A program made the translations under genes and the position numbers. Positions 30,401 through 44,100 of a stretch of DNA of 64,000 nt are shown piece by piece. Within the stretch, counting starts at the first letter, position 1. Each line of letters starts with the position of its first letter. Source of the stretch: Botryllus schlosseri (Eukaryota); the NCBI GenBank assembly GCA_051294905.1, contig CM119373.1:30318001-30382000 (forward strand), read 5' to 3'. A model generated the notes under the pieces. The model ran no database searches and was not told where the DNA came from. It saw only the letters and a program-made list of their open reading frames with translations.

Positions 30401-33400
30401 TGGATCGGTAAAATCAACATCGGTGCCACTATCATAGTACGTTCAGTACACACGACCGCAGTTAGAGTGACTTGAGCGACCCCGGACGCTGGATGATTTC
30501 ACATCTCTGCATGACCAATAGAACCAGCTCAAGTCATTATTTTGCGAATTAGCCGAGCCAAGCTAAAATATACGATAGACACGCGCCATTTTCCAGGATG
30601 TCACAACCCAAGACTTAGAAGGCCAGCTACCACCACTTTGCTTTCTTACCCCTGAATGGAGCTATCTAAGTAGCAGAGATGAGCGGATTTGAAATCTCTA
30701 TGTCCCAATCCAATCCAAATCCGACAAGATTTCACAAATCCTGTTTTCCCAAAACCTAATCCTAATCCATGCTCATCTCTGCTGAGCAGTCTAGCACTCA
30801 ATATTAGCTGTAGCTATTTAGGTTTTTCAGTGGTATTTTCGGACCGAGGCCAATCGATAATTGTCCCAATTTCGGCTTATCGCCATATTCTAATTACCGC
30901 GCCGCTTTTTTCCGCATAGAATATTCGACCGATTGCCGTCGGCTCATCGAACGCTGTTAATGGCGATCTTGCGATTCAAACTTCGGTATTTAAATTCATT
31001 TCCAAATTAAGTCTTAGTCGACATTATGAACCTGAGTTCAATGTGTTAATGCTAGCAATAAGTGGACCGCTGTCAACCGCTATTCAGTCTTTTTTTGGCG
31101 TCATTTCAGTCTGACATAGGATTACAGGTTTAGCCAGTTCGTAGGCCAAAACTATAGCCATGCCCATGGATATACAGCCATACCTAAAATCAAAGCTGTT
31201 TTAGCACCCTTCTCAATCGATTAGATCAACCGGACATATCAGTGAAAGTACCATAGCAGTATTACCCTGGATTATTGTTGAAAATATACTAATTATTATT
31301 TCTCAATAACTCTTATATTTCAGAATTTCAGGTTCTTATAATAATGAGTGACTACCTAATATCGTTAAGTCCTCTCCCTGGATACTACTCAGCCTATATT
31401 CACTATGTTGGGATCTAATTTAATATCCAAGGGTCTTTCTGGTAAGTACTTTTTACCCAATTGAATTCAGATTCGGTAGGCCTCTTAACAGCCATGGCAT
31501 TGGCGATAATAGATCACCTGACATAAGACAAAATCATTTTAGAACTGGACATTTAAGCATGTGTGTGACCAGACCTCTCTCTTCTATAACATGAGAAAAA
31601 TCCAGGGAAGATCGGATAATTCTAGCCTAGATTTCGTTTGGATATAAATTCAATGATTTGTCCTCCCTACATTCAATATCAATATAAATTGCCATAATTA
31701 ACTGAGCCCAAAAACTGATCCAGTGCTAAGTTGTCAAGAATTCCAGCCTGTGGTCCGCAATCTTAACTCACTTTGAAATTATACAAATATGTTAGCCTCA
31801 TCAAGGTAATCCACATAGTGCAAATTAGGTGTCTACAACTCTCGATATTTTACAAAAATTTGACAAATGTGGTCTCAAATTCAAGAAATGAGGATGATTT
31901 GGTCTCGTTTTCAGTAATTTCGGTTTCACTGACGAATTAAGGTCCTAAAATTGAGACCGATTCAGCTTCTTAAGACCATATATAATTGTCTCAATTACTT
32001 GGTCTCAAAAACAAGACCAACGAAGCGCATCAAGACCAATAAAATGCATCTTATAAGACATATTGTGCTTATTGCGACAGTCTTTGCTCTGTCAGTATCT
32101 TTGGTCTCATCTTACTGGCAAATGTTGTTAATCAAAAAGGCAGCATAGTTGGCGTCTTGAAAATGATTCTGGAAAATTGATAGAGCCATTCAAGATCGCA
32201 TGACATATACCCAGCTTGTTGAGACAAATATTAATGTATCGGTTTTTCAATCTTATTTTCGCAAGAAAGTTTGCTAATCCATGCACATCATGGTCTCTAA
32301 ACTGGAAATCTGCCCAACGTAAGCATCAACAACTGATCACACTTTATGCATTAGCCAGCATCCTTTGAAACCTTCATTGAAAGAACGCACCCTGCACAGA
32401 AAATTCTTCAAAACTCCGAAATACAGAAATAATCGACTTTTTGTGGGACATACATATTCTCTAAAAGGTCTGTCCCATCATCCCCTGCAGTGTAGGTATC
32501 AAAATTCTCGAATAGAGCTTGTACCATTGTCCGGCAAGGCAGAGTAAACCATGAATATAGGCATATTGGGTTCAAGTTACAAGATGCATTCCTGAATTAA
32601 CGCAAAATGACTGTAACTAAGTTAGCATCTTCAGAAAAGAAACAAGTCCAATTATCACAATCCAGAGATCAAGTTTTCTGTGACTTTAATTGAGTATTGT
32701 TCGCCAACACGCTGCAAACCATTTTTAGTTTGGCTCTACTTTGTGGAATTTGCGTATCTAGGGCTACGTTATATTTCAGCTAGGGTATGTGTTATCTATG
32801 ACACAATGGTTTGTGAGTAAGAACCTCAACTATCCCTGTCCAGTAGGCTATGTGGTAAGGTCACCGGAGCACCGGCATATACAGGTCTGGTTTTAATAAT
32901 CCGCTAGTCATTACTAATGCAATTTCTTTACCGCAATTGCTAGATTTTATCACAATTTTCTTGGATTTTAGAGCAACAACCTCGACCTAAACAGTCGGTG
33001 GGATACATTTCCCGAACCACTCTCCACCAGCGCTGGGACCTATTCAATACCCCAAGTCACGGGACATTCTTACTGGGCCAGGTAAAGTCAAGCCGCAGTC
33101 AAACCTCCAGTGAGTCGAATCGAATTTTCAAAGTAGCGACATGACTTTTTAAGTCGTTGCATTATCCAGCTTTTAGCCACAAATGGAGCCCCTATCTATC
33201 CGAATTGAATAACAATTAAGAGTGGAAGAGTTAATTATGCCGAAAACGTGCTGATATCAATCGCGCACGCAAGTACTCAGTGCTGGTATTCAATTCACTA
33301 TCCTGAGTCACGAATAATCTTGAGTCATTGCCGATTTTGATTAGTTCAATCAAGTCAATCGATTTCCGAAGGCGATCCAAGTCAAGTCGCTTGATTTTTT

Positions 33401-34270
33401 GGAGGTGACTGAGTTAAGTTCAGCTAAGTCAAGTCACAAGCCAACTCATAATACAAGTCAAATTGAATTTTCAAAGTACAAGTGAGATTCAAATTTCAAA
33501 GTCATAACATTTTGCCAGCCGTGTGACGGACAGATCAATCAACCACTTACCTTGAACTGAATAAATAATACAAAGTTAAATCCAATATTCTTAAATGTAG
33601 GTATGGTCTGTCGTTATCAGCCAAATCAGATAATCGAATACAGCCAATTCATATAGTACAGTGCACTATCCATTCACATGTGTGAGAATATAAACGCATG
33701 AATATATTTATTGACTCAATCATACAAGAGGCCTGATAATGGCGAACACTTCGCAATGTAAATAAACACCATTTACTTATTGATGACTCGAAATTATCTT
33801 ATCAAATTCTGCCTGAGTCACGAGTCAATCCGCATTTCTCGAAGCGCCGAGTCAAGTCAAGTCACACTGGCTCCACCACGCATGTAGCTGCCAGTCCAGA
33901 ATTATCCACCACAATTTAATTACGAATGTATAAGCAACCCTACTCGATCTAGACCACCCAAGGGGGTTAGTCAAGATATATTGCATGTAGGCTACATCAC
34001 CCTACTACTAGTTCAACACAATGCTACCCGCAAGGTCATTGAATGATTGATTAATCTCGACAGATCACATCGGCGCATTGTGAAGAATTTGGACGCATAC
34101 CAGGTTCAGGGCACGTCCCATTACGCCAAAAGGACAAACCTGGCCACACGGAAAGGGACAAAAGTATCAATTTTTCCAACTACGATTTAATCGCAAGGTA
34201 AGTGACCCACCCTTACATGATACATGATTGTTCAGTATTCCGCATAAATGTTCCATTCCGTATAACACGG

Positions 34271-34762
34271 TTAACATCCCTGATTTTCTTTGTCTTCCTC
34301 TGGCGGGACCACCAAGAAAGTCGGTTTCCTTCTTTCCTCTCCTAACCATACAAATTCAGGGTCATAAGTCCAGTTTATTTGTTCGTTAGTTTTCCAAATC
34401 TCCATAATTTTTGATCGCGTTCCGTACGAACTTTTAGGCACGACGAACCCAGTATGGTACGATATGTATCCACGCAGGAGTTCGTATATCATCACTCGTT
34501 CCTGCCCCTTCATACCTTCAATTTCCAACAGAATATACCTGATGTCATCCATCAAGTCTTTTTCATCATCTTTAGCAATTGCCAGACGACTTAAACGTTC
34601 TCTGTTTTTCAGCGCTCTTTTTATTATCGTAGTCGTATTTTTGAAAATCTGTTCGCGACCGTTGTCTTTTTCCATTTGTAAGGCATCCAATTCATTATAT
34701 ATTCTAGTTAACTCATGCGCATATTCTCCAACCATTTGGTTAGTGCTCTCTATGTAATCCAT
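34271..34762 (-). CDS. Orphan helical protein, paralogue A
   Basis: ATG at 34762. Shares R(V/I)MIYEL(L/I)RG and a preceding DDI...LE(I/L) helix with 35890-36546. A partial copy of its 5' end lies at about 34895-34945. Confidence 0.6.
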   Translation of the reverse strand: MDYIESTNQMVGEYAHELTRIYNELDALQMEKDNGREQIFKNTTTIIKRALKNRERLSRLAIAKDDEKDLMDDIRYILLEIEGMKGQERVMIYELLRGYISYHTGFVVPKSSYGTRSKIMEIWKTNEQINWTYDPEFVWLGEERRKPTFLVVPPEEDKENQGC

Positions 34763-35889
34763 TTTGGTTTTACAATTGTACAATTACACAATCTTAATAC
34801 AAGAAAAATAGCAGTCAGCCCACAAACAAAGTTCCGCTGTGCTATACAGGAAAAATGACTTTCTCTAATTGGTGCAATCTGGCATTTTCCATTTGCAAGG
34901 CATCCAGTTCATTATATACACTCACGCTTATAGTCTCCCACAATTTGGTAAGGCAGAGTAAACTATTTCAAGTAGGAGAGTGGGAATTGGGGAGAAAAGA
35001 CCTGGCCTCACTTCTAGCCACTACAGTCCCACTGATGAAGTGATGCCTCAAAATCGGGACCAATTCAATCCCTCAAGTTCACATTGATTGACAATACTAT
35101 TAGGTCTCAAAACTAGGGACCTACAAACACCTTTCCAAAAAAAAACACACTGTGCCGTTGGGTCAATAATTCAGTGGCTCAGCTTCTCCGGCCTGGCTTT
35201 CCAGAAGGATTCGGCCAATTACACACATCATAGGCGGCGACCTAAAACTAAGTGCGTTGAGTAGTTGTTATTAAAAGATGGTGGACTGCTCTGCTTAGTA
35301 CAAACTTGGATGCAACATAGTGCAACCTATAATAACCGCTGGTACATACATATCAGAGGTTCACAAAGCGTGCAATGAGTACTGTTAGCCTCTTATAGAA
35401 TCAAGGCACCTTACTTGCAGACTATATCACTTTATCACTGTCTAGACAAGGTAATTCAACTCATTTGTGATACAATAAGCGCACGATCATTCAATGATGG
35501 ATTGTTCCTCACAGGTTACACAATTCAGGACGCATGCAAGGTGCCATGATCCACCCAATCATCGACCCACATCTCCGAAATCAAGTCAAGACAAGCAAAA
35601 AAAGGTACCTTAAATTAAACCAAATCAAAACCCTGACCCAAGTCATATTATCCGGCCATTTATCACACAGTACTCAATCCGTACACAAGATTAATTCATT
35701 CAGGTCATTATCCATGACTCAGTGCAACTAATCTGGATCAACACTGATTACATTAGGATTTCCTGACCCAAAAATGAACCACGTTATTTTAACTTTCAAA
35801 TTCCAAACCTCGGGTGAGTTCTGGTCTTATTTTTAAATATCAAGCATTCCTGTTTCAAGCGAGCCAAACTTTGATTCTGATCGCAGATA

Positions 35890-36546
35890 TCATCTCAATT
35901 CATATGGCGTTCCTATTTGTATACAGCCACATTCACCATCACATATACAATCGTGTGGGCCAATGTACAAAATGTTTTGAGGTACCATCACATCAATATC
36001 AACACTTGCTCCTTCTATAGGTGCAGGGCGTAAGGTCAATTCTCTTATCTTGAGAGTCCGTCCTTGATCTACAATTGAATGACCTATTAAACCGAGATCG
36101 TGTTGACATGCCCAATCCTCGACCCTTTCATGCGTGTTACAGCTATGGAGTGTTTTGTAGCAATTCTTCGAAATTTTTATATCCGTCGCCTTTATAACCA
36201 CGCCTCGAATTAGTTCGTAAATCATTATGCGCCTCCCTGCATCATATGGATCACTACTTCTTAGTTCCAAAATATCGTCCAATATATTGCACATTATATT
36301 CAATGTTCTCTGGGATATTTCATCGTACAATGACACTCTCGTCAAAAGGCCATCGTCCCGTCTCTTACACCAATCATTTCTGTCTGAAATTATATCCCAC
36401 ACAGCTCTTTTAAAATTCATCCTTTCTTCGCGTGTTTCATAGGTTCCTAAATCCCAACTGTCCAAGGAGTAATAAATACTCCGTAGATTGTCCCAGTTCG
36501 TGGATTCATGTCTAGGAATTAAATCCACTGTTCCGAGTTCCCTCAT
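35890..36546 (-). CDS. Orphan protein, paralogue B (Cys-rich C-terminus)
   Basis: ATG at 36546. Motif RIMIYELIRG. Shares the upstream leader gattgtgtaattg.a.aatt with paralogue A. Confidence 0.6.
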   Translation of the reverse strand: MRELGTVDLIPRHESTNWDNLRSIYYSLDSWDLGTYETREERMNFKRAVWDIISDRNDWCKRRDDGLLTRVSLYDEISQRTLNIMCNILDDILELRSSDPYDAGRRIMIYELIRGVVIKATDIKISKNCYKTLHSCNTHERVEDWACQHDLGLIGHSIVDQGRTLKIRELTLRPAPIEGASVDIDVMVPQNILYIGPHDCICDGECGCIQIGTPYELR

Positions 36547-39500
36547 TCTAGCAACAAAATTATTCAATTACACAATCTATACAAGGATTCTAGCCAGGTG
36601 ATATAGAGTTACATTACTATACGGGTAAAAATTACCCTCTCCAATTACGCAATATCACTTTTCCACACCCAATGTCGGCATGAATTCAATCCATTTGTAT
36701 ATTAATTTCACAGATCTAATCATAGGAAAAGAGTTTTGACGCAGGAAAGGATTCGGTCAAAGATCACGGTATAAGCCTGGCTCGTCGTAAAGTTCTCCGC
36801 AACTAATGTTATATTCAAACGCATCGATGTTGAACGCAGAATAGCGGTCCCGCAGAGATGGGCGACTACAATACCCTACAAGTTTACCATCCACTTCTGA
36901 GCTGGGCGCTGATCTACAAACAAAAACTCAAGTCTGCGAACAACCTACGATGTTAGGTGAGTGAGTTTGCTGTCAACTTTCACGCTTGAGATGGCGGTAA
37001 TAGGTACTTCCAGTTGTTTGGAGTACTCAAGTCACTCCCATCTACTTCCACTGCGTGATCAACAATTTGAACTCTCAGCATGCCCGGGTAGAATTTTGTG
37101 ATGTCTGGGGACCCCTATGGTTGCCCACACAGGGTCAACTTCCGTTTTTTGCAACCGCCGACCAGTAGCTTGAAAACCACCCCCTCAGTAGTGGCCCTGG
37201 TATGACTCGAACGCGCAACACATGCAACACATTGGCGCTGTAGTTCCGGGAGTAATCCTGCCCGCAATCAAGCAAAAGCTTGCAGCCAGTGCTGCAACCG
37301 CGTATACCCAGATACCATTGCTGCCATTCTGACCACCTTTGGACTACATCTGCAGTGACCATAGGGCAATAATTCAGCGTAACGACTCGATCTCAGCCCC
37401 CTTCTTTCACAGGACCCGCACTGAACGTCATAGTACCCCCACAAGGACCAGCTATCAATCAGACCGACGGGCAGGAACATTGAGCATAAGGTGAACTCGA
37501 GGAATAATGTACCGTGCATGACTCAAAATTCTGACAGTCAAGACTGACATTTTGTTGTAATTTCGAGTAATAGCGAAGTTGTCAAACTATTAGGATTCAA
37601 TCCATTGTTACCTAAACTGAAAATGCGACCATAAACTGTCAAGAGTGGATTAAATTAGTATTAGCAAGACTTCAATACAAAACTGAGCAGTCAAATCCGA
37701 ACTTGATCTCTGACTCGGACCCGGTTACAACCCTGGACCGAGGGGCATTTATTTCTGCGGAAGTGAAAACGCCAAATTGAAACTGTCATGTGCAATTTGC
37801 ATGGATTTGACCCAACTGATTTAATATCAATGAGTATCCTGTGCTCCTCACAACACATGCGCTGGGCTAGCCAGTAGAATATGCCAACCCACATCGTCGC
37901 AATTTGCCAATCTTATTGTACATGAACAAATGCTGTTACTTGCTATTTTATCAGCTGACCGGCCCGCGAGCGATTGGAAAGCCTGAATCCGGTTCGGGAC
38001 GCGATTTGAATCCGACACCACTGCCTCAAACCTCCAACTCATGGTGTGTATTGTTTTGACCGTATCATTGGGTACCCAGATCTCGCGAAACCCCCATCAG
38101 TGCGCGTCACGGCGCGTGCTGTCCTATCTACAGATTCAACTTGAACGTACGTACCTACTTGGAAAGTATATTAGCCATAATCATGAAGTAATTTGGATAG
38201 TGTTTAATGTCCTTGAGTACACTAATTTAATAAGTCCTCACAAAAACAAAGTTCAGTCCCTACGCTTCAAACATTTTTCTCACTTAAAGCAATAGCCATA
38301 AGTCACCTTGGCAGGTTCATTCAATCTAATAATTAACAAGAAGTGGTGAAGCCATGTACTAGGTCCTAGTTGGCCGTTGCTTGCTCTGGGGTTGCACAAA
38401 GTTGTGCTGGGGTCCCATAACAATCAATCTGAGCAAGCAAATACCACATACATGACGCAGAAATGGCGGGGAAACTAAAGATATTCAAGCATTCGCGGCT
38501 TCAATTATTAGTCACTTGTGAAATTATTTTCACTTGAAAAATAATTGTACTATTTATTCAGTCAACTGCCATAGGTATCGTTAATCCACGTTCTAATCGC
38601 TCTATCACCAAGGACCATGATACAGGGTCGCATAGATTCCAGGATCCACTCCATATATCTTGCTAGTCTAGTTCCGAAACCCGTTATCATTCCATACCAA
38701 ACTAGTTCTTACAGATACTAATTTAAAAGTAATCTTTAATTGCCCGTTCTCAAAGCAAATTTTCTCTCAATTTTTGCAGGAACAAAATCACAGTAAAGAT
38801 TCTCGGTCACCCCTTCTGATGTTACGACAAGGATCCCAAGACCGGGTCTCAGGCTCAAGTACTAAAGGAATAGTTCTAAAGCGGCCAGGGTATGTTATGG
38901 TACGAATGCGCCGCTCAGATGCAAGGATGTACTGCTCGTCAACAATGTTTGCATATGCTGTACGTGACTGTCTTGATATCAACAGATTAGGGACCCCTAC
39001 ATTTGGGTTCTACTTGTCATGTTGTGTTCGCATTCGGGTAGATGTGAAACTGGGTGACAATATTTTGGAATAATCACGACCCCAACCTTTTATCGCTAAG
39101 AATTGCACAATTCGATAACCACTCAGACTCAAGGCTTCAGGTACACGAATATCTCGTAAGATATTATCAAAACACAATCCATTTTTCCTACCAATGCTGG
39201 GGTCAAACCCCTACATTGAATTATGGGTCACTTTACATCATAACCGGAGGTCTAGTTTACCATTCCAGTTCATTTATGTCCGCCAACAGCTACAGTCACC
39301 AATTACTCTCAAGTCAGTGGCATTTTCTGTTCGGTCCCGGGTTGAGTCATCAAAAAAATCGTGACAGGCATCACAGTTACACGTTCCCAACTCCTGATTC
39401 AAGTTTTTGTCAATCGACGGTTAATTTTCTTTTCAACTACAACTCGACGCTATTCAAAATCATGAACTAGATTTAGAACCACTTGAAAATCAGGACCGCA

Positions 39501-40047
39501 ATGAATAACCCAACTGAACCGAACAGTGAATCACAGTTGCCACTGGGATATTTCGGAAATAAACCAGATGTGGATGCCAAATAAACCCAGAAAAACTCAC
39601 TGGATTCATTAATATTCAGCCATACAGCTCAATTCGATACTTATATGTGCGATTATTATTCCACAGTAACTGCAGTGAGAGCAATATGTGCGGACACAAC
39701 GACGTGATCAATAGAAATTCGATTTGTACCAAACGGCAAATGGCCTGAAGTTCAAATTTAACATTGTGCCATGCCTGTATTTGGAAAGTAGTTCCTAGGC
39801 ACTGAATATAGGTTTTTCAGACCTGCATCTCATACAAACATGCCAAATTTCAACCAGGAGCCTACTCAGTTCCCCATTTCGTCGAATTTCTCCCTACGAT
39901 ATAGGGCTACTACCCTCTTCCACTAGGAGAATGGTCAATTGGTCATTTATTTCAGGTCCAATAACACCTACCGTATTTATCTATTAATACATAGGATTGT
40001 AACTAATTGATGTCGTATTATGCTTCAGGCCTCCGCTCGAATTTAAA

Positions 40048-41187
40048 CAGAGATGGTCAGTAACGAAGTACTTCTACTTTTCGAAGTACTCAAGTAGTTA
40101 TCCTCTACTTATGGTACTTACTCAAGTGGATCCGAATTTTTCTACTTTTACTTCGTAATATTTTGTGATCTACTTACTTACCTTTCGCTATTAGTTTGTC
40201 AAGTAGAAGTAGTTCAATCTTCCAATCAGGAAGATAGCCTGAGGAACCCCGGGGCTGCCCCCACGGGGCATCCTCATGCAATTTTCACAAAATTTTAGTA
40301 AAGCCCAGAATCCTCGCCGCAGTATATATGGCTCATCACAACGCTCGAAACCGATGTTTCGCAATCTAACATTTACTTCAGTCATCATATCGTAATCTGG
40401 CGTGTCCAAATCTAGAAAAGTAGATTCTGACTTTGTTTAGTCTTACAGCTGTTTTAGCATACCACCTTTGAAATTCTCTGGACTAAAACATGAAATACAT
40501 GTTCGATTTTTAGAACTAGTATTTATATTTCAGCACTTTCAATTTCCAGTATCATATACTTTGAGTTATAATTAATATCAGTTCTTTTGTCTGGATAATA
40601 TACATCTTGAAGTATAAAAGCAAGTGTGGCAATACCTTTAATTTTTGGAGATAAAGCTACACAATATGGCATTTTTACGGTCCACCATAATTTCTATGAA
40701 GTTTACTAATCGCGCAAAGTGTTTACACCTTATCCTATACAACTTCTCCGTTTTGCTCTTGACTAAACTATACGGGCCCTATAATATGGGGAATGGCGCC
40801 ACACCATGCTGTTCTCTAAATCGTGCTGTTCGAGAAAACAGAGGACTAGCATCGCATTTCCATATCAATACTATCATTTTCATCCTATGATGTGGACGAA
40901 TGCTTATGCTATTGAAAATTGGATACCCGCAGATATGCATCAATATGAATCTATCTCGTCACCTATCGCATAGTTCAATCGGCAGCTTTTTACAATCCAT
41001 GTGAACGAATTATGATCGTTTTCACAACTACTTACTTACTTGAGTACTTTTAAAGTCAGTCAATTCTACTTCCACTTCAAGTAGTTTTAGGTTGCTTAAA
41101 GAAGAAGTACTTCCACTCGTATTTTAGTAGCTTTCTTCGTCGCTACCTCTACTTGAGTAGATTTCTTGACTACCTTGACCCCCTCTG
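40048..41187. mobile_element. Non-autonomous relative of the outer Tol2-like hAT
   Basis: Ends cagagatggtca / tgaccccctctg. AAGTA-type subterminal repeats. Exact TSD aatttaaa. Confidence 0.85.
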
Positions 41188-44100
41188 AATTTAAATAAAC
41201 CATATTTGTTCAATGCAGGCCACTCAAAGCGTCGGCATCGACGACCACCACGCCGCTCAGGAACCAACCCGCCGTAGTCCTTACTGGACCAACTTCAACA
41301 ATTATGATAGACTGCTAACAGCCTGCACGCACATGAGGTAGGTCGATTTAACCGACGTACCAACTCAATGATTACTAAACGGCCCCAAATCGACCCTGTG
41401 AATTTAGTTCTAAGGCACATACCTCGTTCCACAGTTTTAAGCTAAACCCAGCCACACCATCCCAGTAACTCTACTTTAATTTTGCCAGGCATGCTACCGA
41501 TTTGACCGGAAGAAGAGAAATCACAAGGAGCAGAGGGCAGAACCCGAACAATTCCAGATTCTCTCTGAAGCTCGTTTCTGGATTTACATGAATTATCTGT
41601 GTTCAGCGAGGATGAGCAAAACTGCTGTCGCATCCCGCTGGGCTCGACTCTGCAAGGACTGGTTTATTCGGCGTCCAGACATTCTGATATCGAAAGCTTT
41701 AGTTGACATGGTCCAAACTGATATTTTAGCCATCACGATTTATGCGCTGCGGCCCGACCAATTCAATCGTTCGGCTAGCTTAGCAAGTTCACATCTCGCG
41801 GGATCCATTTTTTGACAACAATATTCAATTCTAGGAGTTACGTTGCGAGACAACACTTGGCCCAAATTGCAAGTCGTGCTATATTTTACGCTCAAATCAG
41901 TACATCATCCTATATCGTCGCAATCTCAATAATACCCCTTCGGAAGACACCGTATTCACCTTTTCCATAACACAGAATTATTGTGGCAGTTGACGCAGTT
42001 TGCTCTGAGAATGGATTTCAACTTCTGGTAAAAAAAATTCAGATGAAACTAGAATCAGACCCTATTCAAATTGGACATCAGAAATACCTGTTCTTAGTTT
42101 GCTTCTCGTGAGTTTCATTGTTCAACTGCATCGTATTTCAGAAAATCTATTCGAAATTTTCAGGCAGTGGTATTGGCGTCCGTGTTAAACAGAGCACTGA
42201 GCAGTCCCAATTTTCCAGGAAAGCAAGATGAGACACTCATTCCCAATTACAAGATTATGCGTCGGCGTTATTTGTGGTTCCGAGGAAAGTTGTTATTTCA
42301 TAACTCAGTTCATTCACTCACATAAGTAGTTATTAGGATCGGAGGATGTAGGTTATTATACCGCAGTAAGGCCGCATTTTCGCGACAACTATTTATTATG
42401 TCGCGGGCCAGTTCGAAAGGGATGAACTATTCGACGTCTAGACACCTTGCTACCGAAAGCTTAGACCAAGCCCAGGTTTCATGGACGACGGCCCTTCTGT
42501 GAGCACAAACGGCGCAGGGAACTTTATCTCACAATGGCAAATGGAGTTCGGCTCAATTCGATACCTCAGATGTTCTTTATTTTTTACAAAGCGGTAACCT
42601 TATTAAAGAAAGCAACCGAGCGGCCTGTTGTGCAAGCGTGTAGAAAATTTCTATTTCTGATACAAAGATCCACCAAAAGGCGACCGACTAGTAGTTTTGG
42701 TATACTGCGCCGGGACTGATATTTTAGTTCCCACATCTCAACAGAGGCGGCCAGACTAGTCAATTCCTGGCCGGTCTTGTAAACTCGCAATCTGTGCAAT
42801 TATTACTAACCTTACAAACTACCTCACCGTCACTCATAACCTCCTTACTAGCCACGAATTGGCCGGTCTATACGCCCTCGTGGGTTTTTAGGGCTCCTTT
42901 TGAACCAATGACGTTACGCTGCTAGATTTCGCCCTACCTATTTCTAATTATGTTCCTACAAAATTTTTCCAGGCCGTAGTCTAGACCCGATCGATGTGTG
43001 CCATGACTCGTGCAATGAGGGCTATGCAATGCCTCTCAGGAGATCTATGGCACATGAAGCAACTCCACATAAGGTTTAGTTGCCATCGGTACGAGTGCTG
43101 GATCTTGGGCCCAAGATTACCAAAGAGCAATCATCTAAAAATGGACCTATCCCACCCTAACTACACTCTACCTAATCACTACTGGAACAGAGCCCATCTT
43201 GGACTTGCGACAATAGGGACACCGTCCCCCGCGCCGTCCACAAGTCCGCGACGGATGCTCTGATCCAGGGACTAAATCCCAGCTGGAGGGATGCCAGCCT
43301 AGGAAAAAATGTGACAAAAATATTTTATTCAACCTTCGCTTATTTTCCGATTTGAAGCTGTACGATCTATCATCGTAATTATCACGTAGTGTGATTTCTT
43401 TTGCACGGCAGCGTTCGTATTTTGCCGGATTTATCGCAACAATTCTAGGCCTGATTTCGCCTCTCTTCATACCTAATACCTATCTAGAATAGGTAATAAT
43501 CTTCGACGGTAGACGAACCTCGTGTCAGGATACCTGTCAGAGGCAAATATTTGAAAGAGCCATTGAAAATCTCCAACTAGCATGCACTTAAATTAAACAC
43601 CTTCCTACACTTACAGTAGCCGTCATGGCTCCAAGGCCTATTTTACCAAGTTAATTATTTTATATTTTCACGCCTCCCTATATTCAGAGGCTCCAATTCG
43701 GACACGCTCGCGAGCCCCTCTCCCAAGCCTTGGGGTTGCCGCGGGCCGCGGCATTAATAATAGGGATATTAAATATAGTAATTCCAAGTGGCCCCCATTC
43801 GACGGGTTTTCATAAACGAGAATCCCACAACCGCCAAAAAAAATCCAAATTACTTATGATAATATTTTACGTTGGACATGAAAAACAAACAGGCATTCCA
43901 TGAGGATCGCCTTATGCCAACCGTAATTTGTAATATTGAGAGTTATTTTAGGGCGAAATTCGCCAGGATTTCCACAGCAACTTTAGAGCGAACTTCAACC
44001 CCTTTTTTTTTTTATTTGAAAGGTACGTGGCCTTTAAATATTTTGTTCAACACTTGAAATGTCCAAATTTCGCCGCGGCCCGTCCGAAACATAGGCATGG

